Positions 10,535-19,323 are shown, counted from the stretch's first letter. The stretch is DNA of 64,000 bases from Candidatus Babeliales bacterium (GCA_041662445.1 JBAZSL010000003.1:842-64841); one strand, 5' to 3'. Numbers and translations are program-made. Notes: generated by a model not told the origin, from the letters alone.

Positions 10535-11619
10535 ATTTCGCAGGCGCAAGAGAGTTTTGCTTGCAGCGCTTGCAGAACGATATTCTGATCACCCGATGCA
10601 ACCCCTTGTTCAATAATCGTAAATAACTCCGGATAGAGCTCCGCCATAGCCTGCGCATTATAAATTTGATGATCCGTTGTTGATGCAACGAGGGGAATGA
10701 CAATGCACGGCTTCTTGAAAAACGCGATCTCAAAAAGCGTTCCTGCGCCCGCACGACACAAGATAACATCTGCCACTGCATAATACTCATGTACGCGTTC
10801 ATCATAGCCGAAGGTGAATGCGGGAATCTCGTGGGTGGCATAAAATTGGTTCCATGCATGTTCTTGAAATGCGCCTGTTTGATGAATGATCTGATATTTC
10901 TGATTCTTTGAGTTTTGTTCTACAAAATTTTTTATTACCTCATTCAGTAACATCGAGCCTTGCGATCCACCAAGTACAAAAACAGTCTTTCGCGAAGCAT
11001 CAAAATGTTGTACTCCTGACTGCTGGCCAAGCAACGTATTAATACGCTCGATTACCTGCGTAGCCGAGACATTGCGATGACTTTCATTGAAGCGTAAGGG
11101 ATAAGCGGCGGGCACGCATTTATACGAAAAGTCCTTGTTATAGAAACAGAGTTTTTTATGCGCCTGCCAAAATGTGCTATGTACGACATGCGCAAATGGA
11201 AGAAGCGCGCGGACCGCTTTTCCGGGTAGTGCATCAAGACTGTAAATCTCAACGTGACGGCGGCAGCATCGTGTGGCAATGCAGAGGGGAATTGAAAGTA
11301 ACCCGCCGGTACTGATGATTTTTTCTGGGCGGTGGCGCAGGTTATAGGCGATGCCGATACCCACAAGGAGCACGCTGCGGAGTGCCACCCAGGGAATAAG
11401 CCACCAGCGACGCAAAGAAAATTGTGGCATGGACAGGCGTACAATATGCGTTATGAAGGGATAATTCCTAAAAATCTTTTTTTCAAGTTCACTGGTACCC
11501 GTAAAAAATACCACCGATCCTGACGGATTATTTTCTAACCATTGCCGGGTGCATTGAATTGCGGGGAGGATATGGCCTCCCGAGCCAGCGGCAACTACAA
11601 AAAGTTTTTTGTTGGTCAT
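10531..11619 (-). CDS. murG: Undecaprenyl-PP-MurNAc-pentapeptide GlcNAc transferase (GT28)
   Basis: N-terminal G-loop VVAAGSGGHILPA and C-terminal CRAGAGTLFEIAFFKKPCIVIPL match MurG signatures. 362 aa. Confidence 0.8.
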   Translation of the reverse strand: MTNKKLFVVAAGSGGHILPAIQCTRQWLENNPSGSVVFFTGTSELEKKIFRNYPFITHIVRLSMPQFSLRRWWLIPWVALRSVLLVGIGIAYNLRHRPEKIISTGGLLSIPLCIATRCCRRHVEIYSLDALPGKAVRALLPFAHVVHSTFWQAHKKLCFYNKDFSYKCVPAAYPLRFNESHRNVSATQVIERINTLLGQQSGVQHFDASRKTVFVLGGSQGSMLLNEVIKNFVEQNSKNQKYQIIHQTGAFQEHAWNQFYATHEIPAFTFGYDERVHEYYAVADVILCRAGAGTLFEIAFFKKPCIVIPLVASTTDHQIYNAQAMAELYPELFTIIEQGVASGDQNIVLQALQAKLSCACEI

Positions 11620-13241
11620 TGTGACAAGCCCCCTTGTGCTTGTTTAAGATGTTCAAGAATTGTTGCGTCGTTGGGCGCTTGTTGCAATGCTTGTTTAAAC
11701 ATTTCTGCTGCGGCTTTATGATGGCCGCTCTTAAGCAATACATACCCTTTAGTGTCGAGATAATATGCACATTGTGGTACTTGTTCAAGTGCTTGCTCAC
11801 TCAGCAAAAGCGCTTCGTTAAGATGTTGATTGGTGAGCGCATAATGGTAGGCCAGAAGATTAAAAGCCGAAGGATATGCTGGCGAATACTTGATCGCTGC
11901 ACGTAGGGCATGCTCAAGTTTGTCGTTTTCTTTGCGTTTAAAATGAATGTATCCAATATGAAAAAACGCTTTTGATTTAAGTTCGGGATCCTTGGTTATC
12001 GTGATCACTTTATTGTAGTAACGAATTGCCATGGCAGCGTCGTTATTTTCAGCGGCCAGATCTGCAAGCGCGCTCAAGACGGTTACATTGTTATGCTGTT
12101 TGTTTTTTTCGATTTCTTGCAGCGTCTGAATAAGTCGAGGCACTGCGACATTGGCCTTGCGGAGTAATAAAAGACTGTGAATCGCCGCCTGTTCCTCAGG
12201 GTATGCATCTATCCATTCACGTATAAAGCACATGAGATCATCGATGCGTTTGTTATTGAGAAGAATTTCTATTTTCAATAAGCGAGCTTTGGTAAATGTT
12301 GGTGAGAGCTCCAATGATTTATCAAGGCATGTAAGCGCTTTGCCGGTATTGCCTGTTTTAACTTCGAGCAATGCCCGGTCAAAGAAATAGCCGGGAGTAT
12401 GCGTTTTTATGCGTTTGAGGTAGGTTAACGCTTCATCAAATCTTTGTTGTGTAAAAAGAAGCTGAACTAGCTGCTTTTCGATTTCTTCATCATCGCCGAC
12501 AAGGTCAAGAAATTTTTTGTACCCGTTGATGGCATCGCTTACGCGTCCCATTTGTTCCAAAAGCATAGACCTAAAAAGCCAGCCATGGTCGAAGCGTGGA
12601 AAAAGCTCCAAGCTTTTTTCTACACAGGCAAGCGCTTGTGACAGTTTATTTTGATGAATTAAAATTTTTGATCGCAAAAAATAAAAGAGAAAATGTTTTT
12701 GTTTGAGTGTTGGGTTTGCTAGGCACGTATCAATGAGCTTGTGGGCCTTGTCGAACTGGTTGCTTTTGATATAAGCAAGTGTTGAAAAGTAGGCAACATG
12801 TTCGTTGTCAGGATATTTGGTTGCAAGGTGGGTAAAAATATTTTCTGATGCAGCATTTTTGCCGGTATTAAGATACGCTTGCGCAAGATTGAGTTGTACC
12901 TGAATATCGGTGCTGAGTGCAGTGTTAAACAACATGGCCTTTGATTCATAAAGTGCGGTAATCGTTTTGAACTGGCCGGTATCAGAAAGAAGTTGAAAGA
13001 GATCGCCATATGCATGAGGAGAGGGGTTGCTTTTAATGAGTTGCCTGTATGTTTTAAGCGAAGATCCTGCATCTCCATGTGCGTGTTGATAGGTTGCGAG
13101 AAGATAATAAAAGTAGAGATCCTTTTTTTCTGTATTTTCTTTGACGAGCTCGATGGTGCGATCGTCAGGAACTTGAACGGCTGATCTAACGGTTCCTAAA
13201 AACAATATCATGATTGATAGGGTACATGCGCGCAGGTTCAT
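11616..13241 (-). CDS. Secreted tetratricopeptide-repeat (TPR) protein
   Basis: Repeated A/Y/L-spaced 34-aa helical pattern throughout. Start reassigned to the ATG at 13241 (MNLRACTLSIMILFLGTVRSA, signal peptide), preceded by GGAGAGAAG and forming an ATGA overlap with the upstream gene's stop. 4-nt overlap with murG. Confidence 0.75.
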   Translation of the reverse strand: MNLRACTLSIMILFLGTVRSAVQVPDDRTIELVKENTEKKDLYFYYLLATYQHAHGDAGSSLKTYRQLIKSNPSPHAYGDLFQLLSDTGQFKTITALYESKAMLFNTALSTDIQVQLNLAQAYLNTGKNAASENIFTHLATKYPDNEHVAYFSTLAYIKSNQFDKAHKLIDTCLANPTLKQKHFLFYFLRSKILIHQNKLSQALACVEKSLELFPRFDHGWLFRSMLLEQMGRVSDAINGYKKFLDLVGDDEEIEKQLVQLLFTQQRFDEALTYLKRIKTHTPGYFFDRALLEVKTGNTGKALTCLDKSLELSPTFTKARLLKIEILLNNKRIDDLMCFIREWIDAYPEEQAAIHSLLLLRKANVAVPRLIQTLQEIEKNKQHNNVTVLSALADLAAENNDAAMAIRYYNKVITITKDPELKSKAFFHIGYIHFKRKENDKLEHALRAAIKYSPAYPSAFNLLAYHYALTNQHLNEALLLSEQALEQVPQCAYYLDTKGYVLLKSGHHKAAAEMFKQALQQAPNDATILEHLKQAQGGLSQ

Positions 13242-13750
13242 CTTCTCTCCTTTTGTATCATTTTGCAGCGAATAAAATACGCAGCGATTGCTGATTGTAG
13301 CTCGGGTGACCGGAGTGATGCAAGTAGCGCATGTTCCTGAGAATTTAATTTTTGCGGTATCAGTGATTGAGGCTTTGGCGTAATTGTTTTTTGGGGCTGT
13401 TGAACTGGCTGGTGTGTTCTTGATGGTGAAGCACAAAACTTTATAGCCGTAACTCTTTTTTCAGAAAATTGTGCGTTGATGTGTTCTTTAATAAGTGGCG
13501 AAAGGAGTAAAAGCTCTTGAGCCCATACTGGATGAGATGCCGTAAGATACAGTACTCCCTTATCAATTTTTTCAATGAATATTTTATCTTTAAGATGTTT
13601 TCCCACGATACTTTCCCATTTTTTAAATAGCTCAAGTTTCCACAAGTGGTGCTCAGGGATAAGTGCAGTGAGAAAATGTTTAAGTGGTTTTATCATGAGG
13701 GGATAAAATATACGCCCAGAATGATAATCAACCATTCTGGGCGTATCCAA
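13238..13750 (-). CDS. DUF721 / DciA-like protein
   Basis: WESIVGKHLKDKIFIEKIDKGVLYLTASHPVWAQELLLLSPLIKEHIN fits the DUF721 pattern (W..IVG...A......G.L.V...S..W..EL). Start ambiguous: TTG 13750, ATG 13735 or ATG 13696. Confidence 0.55.
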   Translation of the reverse strand: MDTPRMVDYHSGRIFYPLMIKPLKHFLTALIPEHHLWKLELFKKWESIVGKHLKDKIFIEKIDKGVLYLTASHPVWAQELLLLSPLIKEHINAQFSEKRVTAIKFCASPSRTHQPVQQPQKTITPKPQSLIPQKLNSQEHALLASLRSPELQSAIAAYFIRCKMIQKERR

Positions 13751-13772
13751 TTTTATGGTGTTCTATTAAACA

Positions 13773-14057
13773 CTACATCTGCATTGCGCAAAATGGTAAC
13801 AGCGCCATAGAGCGAGCTGTTTTGATCTCTCTTGCGAGTTTGCGTTGATGGAATGAGCAGTTTCCCGAAACGCGTGAAGGAAGGATTTTGCTGCGTTCGG
13901 TTAAAAAGCTGCGCAACAGATTGGTGTTCTTGTAGTCGAGCGATGATTCGAGCTCTTTATTCCAACAAAAACGGCAGTGCTTAGGATTTAAATATGCTTG
14001 TTTCCGTACCTTTTTTTTCAAAAGACGGGAGCTAATTTTAAGTTTGGTTCTCGACAT
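13773..14057 (-). CDS. rpsR: 30S ribosomal protein S18
   Basis: CRFC...LDYKNTNLLRSFLTERSKILPSRVSGNCSFHQRKLAREIKTARSMALLPF is the canonical S18 core. Confidence 0.95.
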   Translation of the reverse strand: MSRTKLKISSRLLKKKVRKQAYLNPKHCRFCWNKELESSLDYKNTNLLRSFLTERSKILPSRVSGNCSFHQRKLAREIKTARSMALLPFCAMQM

Positions 14058-14066
14058 AATTTACCC

Positions 14067-14558
14067 TTATTCCTGATCGTCGTTATGTGCAGAATCTTCA
14101 GCAATGTTTTCTGTGGTGCTGGTACGCGGAGTTCTTGCGGTATCGACACTGTTCAACAGGTTCTCAATTTTCCCGCCTTCTTTGAGGTAGGAATCAAAGG
14201 AGCTGCTGCGTGCGACATCAATAGGATCAGGTTTGGCATAACTTAGTGGCGCATCAGCTTCCAAAACAGCAGTAACGTGACGCATAATGAGTTCGTTGCA
14301 TTTGATCTTGAAAAATTGATCAATGTCACGAATTATGCGGGTTGCTTGTGCTGAAGGAAGTTTATAGCGTGTGAGAATGTAGATGCCGTGGGTGTTTTTC
14401 TTGACCGGATAGGCAAGTCTATATTTTCCCCACTTATCAAATGTTTCCATCACGCCTTGCGCGGAGGAAACTATCTGGTCGATTTGTCTTTCAAGCATCG
14501 ACAAATCATCTTCTGAGATTTCTGTTTTGGCCAGAAGTAACGTTTCATAACGCTGCAT
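14067..14558 (-). CDS. rpsF: 30S ribosomal protein S6 with an acidic C-terminal tail
   Basis: MQRYETLLLAK...FDKWGKYRLAYPVKKNTHGIYILTRY is the canonical S6 N-domain. It lies directly upstream of rpsR with a 9-nt gap and no ssb between them. Confidence 0.95.
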   Translation of the reverse strand: MQRYETLLLAKTEISEDDLSMLERQIDQIVSSAQGVMETFDKWGKYRLAYPVKKNTHGIYILTRYKLPSAQATRIIRDIDQFFKIKCNELIMRHVTAVLEADAPLSYAKPDPIDVARSSSFDSYLKEGGKIENLLNSVDTARTPRTSTTENIAEDSAHNDDQE

Positions 14559-14640
14559 GTATCGGTTCTCCCGTTGCTAAATGGTGTCCTGTGTGAGTGG
14601 ACTACGAAGGGAGATAGCAACTACGTCGTTGCTAACGGAA
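14559..14640 (-). promoter_or_regulatory. Structured 5' leader of rpsF-rpsR with mutually exclusive helices, one sequestering the SD
   Basis: On the mRNA strand: TAGCAAC-GACGTA-GTTGCTA hairpin (14634-14615), then TCTCCC (14614-14609) complementary to the SD GGGAGA (14572-14567). A second TAGCAAC (14579-14573) can also pair with GTTGCTA. Confidence 0.4.
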
Positions 14641-14658
14641 CCCTTAAAAACGCCTATT

Positions 14659-14686
14659 ATCCTAGCATAAAGCCGGATTTTTTCAA
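14659..14686 (-). promoter_or_regulatory. Candidate sigma-70 promoter of rpsF-rpsR
   Basis: Minus strand: TTGAAA (14686-14681), 16-nt spacer ending in TGC (extended -10-like), TAGGAT (14664-14659). Confidence 0.3.
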
Positions 14687-14694
14687 TCTTTAGA

Positions 14695-15378
14695 CTAAGG
14701 GAGGCGTTGATAGCGGAAAATTACCTTGCCGATGATGCGGAATTGATCTTTGCCACGAACGAGGGTAAGTGGTGCGGATTGATTGTTGACCGTTTCCAGG
14801 ACGACAAGATCATCTTTAAAATTAATGCGCATAATGGCAAGTTGCGGGTTGTCATTGCCGTATTCAATGGCGACAATATCGCCAGAATTGGTCCAAAGGC
14901 TTGGACTGACAATGAGGTAATCATTCTTAACAAAGGTTGGCGCCATTGAGTTGCCATCCAGGCACAGGGCAAACATTGATTTGTCCTCGTTGGTACTGAG
15001 GACTGAAACAAAGTGTCCATTGTAGCCAGTGCTATTTTGAGTTAAGCGATTGTTGTCCTCGGATGGTTGCATTGGGATGCTCCCAACAACCGGAACTATA
15101 TTAAGTTTGAGCGTAAGGTTCTTAGCACATTGAGCAGCATCAGCTGTCATTGCTACTGGTCCATTATCGCTTGATTCTTGAGGCATATCGAGTAATTGGG
15201 TTGGAAGGAGCTCAAACGCTTCAGCGAGCTTTTTAAGCGCGTCTTCATTCCAACGACGAGTACCATTTTTTATGTGAGTCAGATAACTTTCTGACATGCC
15301 GGTTTTTTCTGCGAGAACTTTAGTTGTCCAACGGCGCTCTTTGAGCAATTCTTTAACGCGTAAACGAGTGCTAATCAT
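14695..15378 (-). CDS. XRE-family HTH plus S24 peptidase (LexA/CI-like autocleaving repressor)
   Basis: N-terminal HTH LKERRWTTKVLAEKTGMSESYLTHIKNG. C-terminal S24 domain with LDGNSMAPTF (catalytic Ser) and GDIVAI...RIIGKVIFRY. The ORF opens at GTG 15402; the ATG at 15378 has an AAGGGA SD. Confidence 0.8.
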   Translation of the reverse strand: MISTRLRVKELLKERRWTTKVLAEKTGMSESYLTHIKNGTRRWNEDALKKLAEAFELLPTQLLDMPQESSDNGPVAMTADAAQCAKNLTLKLNIVPVVGSIPMQPSEDNNRLTQNSTGYNGHFVSVLSTNEDKSMFALCLDGNSMAPTFVKNDYLIVSPSLWTNSGDIVAIEYGNDNPQLAIMRINFKDDLVVLETVNNQSAPLTLVRGKDQFRIIGKVIFRYQRLP

Positions 15379-15474
15379 AATAAGTCCCTTCTGGTTGTAC
15401 ACCCAGTTCCCACCCCTAAATGTTTGTACTTCTTAATTAACCACGAATAAAATATTGACAAATCAGCTTATTTG

Positions 15475-15502
15475 ATTTTATTCAAAACTGACAACTTGTC
15501 AA
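15475..15502 (-). promoter_or_regulatory. Candidate promoter of the LexA-like gene with an overlapping perfect palindrome (putative operator)
   Basis: Minus strand: TTGACA (15502-15497), 16 nt, TAAAAT (15480-15475). Perfect inverted repeat TGACAA-C-TTGTCA at 15489-15501 overlaps the -35 and spacer. An extra TTGACAA half-site sits at 15455-15461. Confidence 0.45.
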
Positions 15503-15551
15503 CTAATTTCAAAAAATCAGTTAAAACAGTAAATGAACAAAAAAGCGGTTT

Positions 15552-17174
15552 TTAGAGCGTTTTTGTTGCAATAGTAAGCAAGGTCCAGATGGATTCAACT
15601 GCGAGAATTCCTGCGCAGAAAGGTTGTGCATTTTCAGGATTTTTGACCAATTTTGTTGCTAATCCGCCCAAAATAAGACCGATGGAGATGCTATTGGGCA
15701 TGATGAGCCCACCAAACACCATCGTTGGGCTCAATTTTGCATATTTGAGTACCCATCCAAACAAAACGCCCAAAAAAACAATATATTTATCAAAATGGAG
15801 GGATTGCAAGAGGAGAGCCTTTGCTTTACCTCTTTGAGCAAAAAGAGCTTCGGAGCCAAGTTGAAAATGAGTAAAAAGAAGCCATAAAATTACCCCAATG
15901 CTGAGCGCCGTTACGACAAGTCCAATCCATTGATAACGATATATCTTTTTGCGGTCGATAGTGCATAAATCACCGATTTTATAATCAAAAAGCAGGTCCG
16001 ATGCTGTAGCGGCACAAATATCGAAAAATACACAAACAATAGTAGCTTGAAGGGCATTCAGTTTGAATATCAGGAGCAGCGGTATGACAATAAACGTTGA
16101 AAATCGGCCGAAGGGAAGCATGCCGATTTTTCCAGCAATCTGACAGATGGCTCTTGTTGCTACTAAGGTAAAAATGACGAGTCCAACCTGTGCTAAAAGG
16201 GACATCGAAAAGTAAGAGAGGAGCAGGACCGCGCTGAAGCATATAATGCCGAGCTCGATAAGATGAGATTTCTTACCAGCTATGGTCAGTGGTAAAAAAT
16301 GTTGGGTAGATGTTTGAGGAAATGCGCGCAGCCACAGCCCCAATTTTTTTGCATACCCGGGAAGACTTACCAAGAGTTCGCTCAGGATAAGCCCGCTGCA
16401 AAAAGCCACAGAAAATGTGTCAACTGACATTGGCGGGAAAAGGCTGAAATTCGCCCAGAGAGCGTGATGTGCCAGCGGGTAGGCAACAACGTATTTGGCA
16501 ATAAGCCCGACAAAAAGTGGAAGCGCAACTGATGTGCCCACGCTGAATCCAATTGCCCATAGAGTCGGCCAGATGCTTATGGCAATACTTGTGCCAAAGA
16601 GTGATGGTAGTGCATGATATGTCTTTGAAATGAGTCCGCCACAACGCCAAAACCCATCGCGGAAAAAACACATTACAATAGTTCCCAAACTTCCCCACAT
16701 AAATTTTTTTGCCAAGAGTGGCTGTGTGTGGGCGGTAATTGTTCGATAGGTGAGGGCACTGACGGGAAATTGATAAGACTGGGTATCAAGGAATGATGGA
16801 CCGACCCAGCGCCCAAACCACAGCCCCAATCCGCCGGCAACAAGGCATAAAATGGCAAGAAAGCCACAAAAATACCATGGTTGTGCAAGTAATTCGGTAA
16901 ATGCCTTTTCGTCAAGAAAATAGAGCATAGGAAGGGCAAACCCTATTCCGGTGGCAATGATGCCACCTCCAGCTCCTATGGCCTGCATGAGCGCTATTTC
17001 TTCGGTCTGCTGGGCGGCGTTTTTTGCCGGACGTAGTCTATAAAAGCAATTGCCTAAAAGGACAAGCGTTGGGGCAATCCAGGGCCCTACCATGGTTGCC
17101 ATAGAGACATAACTGAGGGTAATTACTGAAAAAAGAGTGAAAACAATACCTAAAATCAAAACAAGGGGGGACAT
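15552..17174 (-). CDS. Polytopic membrane transporter, probably OPT (oligopeptide transporter) superfamily
   Basis: About 14-16 predicted TM helices. QFPVSALTYRTI and FGGLIMPNSISIGLILGGL resemble OPT-family segments. The ORF opens at TTG 17246; the ATG at 17174 (MSPLVLILG...) has a GAAAGG SD. Confidence 0.5.
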   Translation of the reverse strand: MSPLVLILGIVFTLFSVITLSYVSMATMVGPWIAPTLVLLGNCFYRLRPAKNAAQQTEEIALMQAIGAGGGIIATGIGFALPMLYFLDEKAFTELLAQPWYFCGFLAILCLVAGGLGLWFGRWVGPSFLDTQSYQFPVSALTYRTITAHTQPLLAKKFMWGSLGTIVMCFFRDGFWRCGGLISKTYHALPSLFGTSIAISIWPTLWAIGFSVGTSVALPLFVGLIAKYVVAYPLAHHALWANFSLFPPMSVDTFSVAFCSGLILSELLVSLPGYAKKLGLWLRAFPQTSTQHFLPLTIAGKKSHLIELGIICFSAVLLLSYFSMSLLAQVGLVIFTLVATRAICQIAGKIGMLPFGRFSTFIVIPLLLIFKLNALQATIVCVFFDICAATASDLLFDYKIGDLCTIDRKKIYRYQWIGLVVTALSIGVILWLLFTHFQLGSEALFAQRGKAKALLLQSLHFDKYIVFLGVLFGWVLKYAKLSPTMVFGGLIMPNSISIGLILGGLATKLVKNPENAQPFCAGILAVESIWTLLTIATKTL

Positions 17175-17447
17175 AAAACCTTTCGCAGTGGTTAAGAAAA
17201 TTGGAAAAATGAAGAAAAGATGGCAGAATATTCCAGCATTTTTCAAAAAACCCCATTAGGTTGTTCAAATAAGCTCTAACTGTCAAACGCCCCTAGTCTC
17301 GACAGGTGGAGGCTCTCCCGGGGGCGTTTTCAGTTTGAAAACTTTGGCGAAAGGCCTATTGAAATCACTAAAATCTTGTATTGTGTATGGATAAAAATTT
17401 ACAATTAGTAATAGATAGGGTGACGCAGTGAGAAGGTTAGGCAGATT

Positions 17448-17912
17448 ATGAAGAACATTCGAAGAGTCATACTCTTCATTCTTGGTGTCGCATGCGTATA
17501 CGCATTGTGGCATACTCATTGCATTTCCCGGCTATTTGTGAACACTGCCTTGCCAGATCAACTATCGGGGACCCCTGAGGAAAGTACACTCGGAGGCTCA
17601 TTGCGACCATACGACTATACGCGTATGCTCACCATCATTGAACAGGCGCAAAAAATTAAGCGCATGTTTTATGCACAATTTGATGAAGAGCGCAAAAAAT
17701 CAGTCGATCGGCGCTACCTTGATCTTAAATTCATACAATCGGTGCTGTCTGACCTTTATCGTGAACGTATGCGACTTGGGAAGCATATGAGCGAAATCAA
17801 AACACGGAGCAATAGTACTTTGCCTTATAAAAAACTTCGTACGCTGCGTTACTATCAAAAAACTATTGAAGAGTATGCGCAAAACCTTGAAGAGATTTTG
17901 CGTCAATGGTAG
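17448..17912 (+). CDS. Hypothetical membrane-anchored or secreted protein
   Basis: 154-aa ORF with an N-terminal hydrophobic helix (VILFILGVACVYALW) followed by a charged helical region. No motif recognised. Confidence 0.45.
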   Translation: MKNIRRVILFILGVACVYALWHTHCISRLFVNTALPDQLSGTPEESTLGGSLRPYDYTRMLTIIEQAQKIKRMFYAQFDEERKKSVDRRYLDLKFIQSVLSDLYRERMRLGKHMSEIKTRSNSTLPYKKLRTLRYYQKTIEEYAQNLEEILRQW

Positions 17913-18336
17913 CCAGTGGGGTGTGATTTGTGTCGCACATTCACAATATTATGTCTAAAGTTTCAAAGGCGCCTCTCCGTGCCCATTTCTTTGTGTGCCA
18001 AAATGAGACAATTTGTTGGTTGCCCAGCTGAGTGCCGGGTGCCATTTTTTCAAAATTAACTTACTAACAATTTTGTTGGTAAGTTGCATCAAATCATTCA
18101 TAAAGCACGATCCATTACCTGTTTTAAGTTATTTAAAAGTAGGGATATTGATTTCAAACTGAACAGAATACAAAAATATATTTTTCTGTGAAGAGATTTC
18201 GAATTTTGTGATGTCTGGCTCATGATATTACGAGCAGATTGATTACTGTTTGGTGAGAAAGTTTTTCTAATGAGAATTTTTTTGTGAACATAATATGCCG
18301 TCGTGATAACGTCGAACACGATGCCGCAATTTATGG

Positions 18337-19323
18337 ATGGCGCGATCAATTCATGATAGAATTGGCGCACTTGTTCCACATAGCCAGGATTTTTACAATG
18401 AGGTATTCATGCTTGCCCCTGCAGATGGTGTTTTGGCAGGATATAAAATTCGTTTATATAATTTTGTCCTCGAAAAAATGAAACAACATCTGGTACGCCA
18501 CAACTTTTGTGAAGTGGCGATGCCTGTACATGCGTTGGTAGGTAGGCAGCAGGGCATACATAAAATTTTTATGCATGGTCCCCTGGTGAATGAACAAATC
18601 CCTGCGGATGGCGATTGGTTGCAGGTAAGTAGCTGTGTTATTGAGCAGACGTGTTCTGATTCTTTGGTTGCATATGCACATTTTCTTAAAATTTTAGACA
18701 GCTTTTTTCATAAAATGGGTGCCGAGGATTATCTCTTGATGCTCTGGTTTTCTCCGTCAGTGCCAGAAAGTGATAAGGTCGCGGTGTGTGATCTTTTGGC
18801 GATAGTATCGATTAACCATGTTCTCGGACGTTCTGATTCCCGCTCACTGGGTGTTGCTGCTCTCGTTTTTGAATTCGTTTCGTGCCGTAGCTCTCGTGAG
18901 CGATTGTGTCACGGAACTGTTTGTGTCACCAACGGCTGTGCCGTGTTGCATGCATCTATAGCCATGATGAGTGTGGTGAATTTTATAGGACACACAGCTC
19001 ACAAACTATTGGTTGATGTGGATCGTCTTGTGCATCTGGTGGTTCCCATGACCAATCATCAGGTTCCCGAGGCATTGTTGTTGGTGCATGAATTACATGG
19101 CCACAACCTTGCTGCCGATATTTTTCTTGCTGACGGTAGTCAGATCGATCATCTAGTGCATGCTCGCTCGTGCGGCGCACGTTACGTGGTGATGATCGGT
19201 CCAGACGAACAGTTAGCTGGGACAGCGCGTATCCAAGACGTGCTCAAGGGCACATCGCACGTAATTGTGCAGCGTGAAGTCGTTCATTTTTTAGGTTGTC
19301 TGTCGACTACTTCAAACGATTAA
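18337..19323 (+). CDS. Degenerate class-II aminoacyl-tRNA synthetase-like protein (HisRS/HisZ-like core plus HGTP anticodon-binding-like domain)
   Basis: The N-terminal segment GYKIRLYNFVLEKMKQHLVRHNFCEVAMPVHA resembles HisRS motif 1. The C-terminal HLVVPMTNHQVPEALLLVHELHGHNLAADIFLADGSQIDHLVHARSCGARYVVMIGPDEQLAGTARIQDV fits the HGTP_anticodon pattern. I could not find motif 2 or motif 3 arginines. Alternative start ATG 18409. Confidence 0.5.
   Translation: MARSIHDRIGALVPHSQDFYNEVFMLAPADGVLAGYKIRLYNFVLEKMKQHLVRHNFCEVAMPVHALVGRQQGIHKIFMHGPLVNEQIPADGDWLQVSSCVIEQTCSDSLVAYAHFLKILDSFFHKMGAEDYLLMLWFSPSVPESDKVAVCDLLAIVSINHVLGRSDSRSLGVAALVFEFVSCRSSRERLCHGTVCVTNGCAVLHASIAMMSVVNFIGHTAHKLLVDVDRLVHLVVPMTNHQVPEALLLVHELHGHNLAADIFLADGSQIDHLVHARSCGARYVVMIGPDEQLAGTARIQDVLKGTSHVIVQREVVHFLGCLSTTSND

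Noticed and set aside
13242-13436. 65-codon N-terminal extension of the TPR ORF (MCFTIKNTPASS...)
   Set aside because: It overlaps the 3' end of the DUF721 gene. The internal ATG at 13241 has an SD, an ATGA stop/start junction and a proper signal peptide.
17995-18044. Two TGGCAC motifs on the minus strand (possible sigma-54 -24 elements)
   Set aside because: Neither is followed by the TTGC(A/T) -12 element at the required 5-nt spacing.
18098-18379. 93-aa GTG-initiated minus-strand ORF in the long spacer
   Set aside because: It has no SD, odd composition and no motif, and it overlaps the 5' end of the HisRS-like ORF. It is kept only as a possibility because a terminator-like hairpin follows its stop (see findings).
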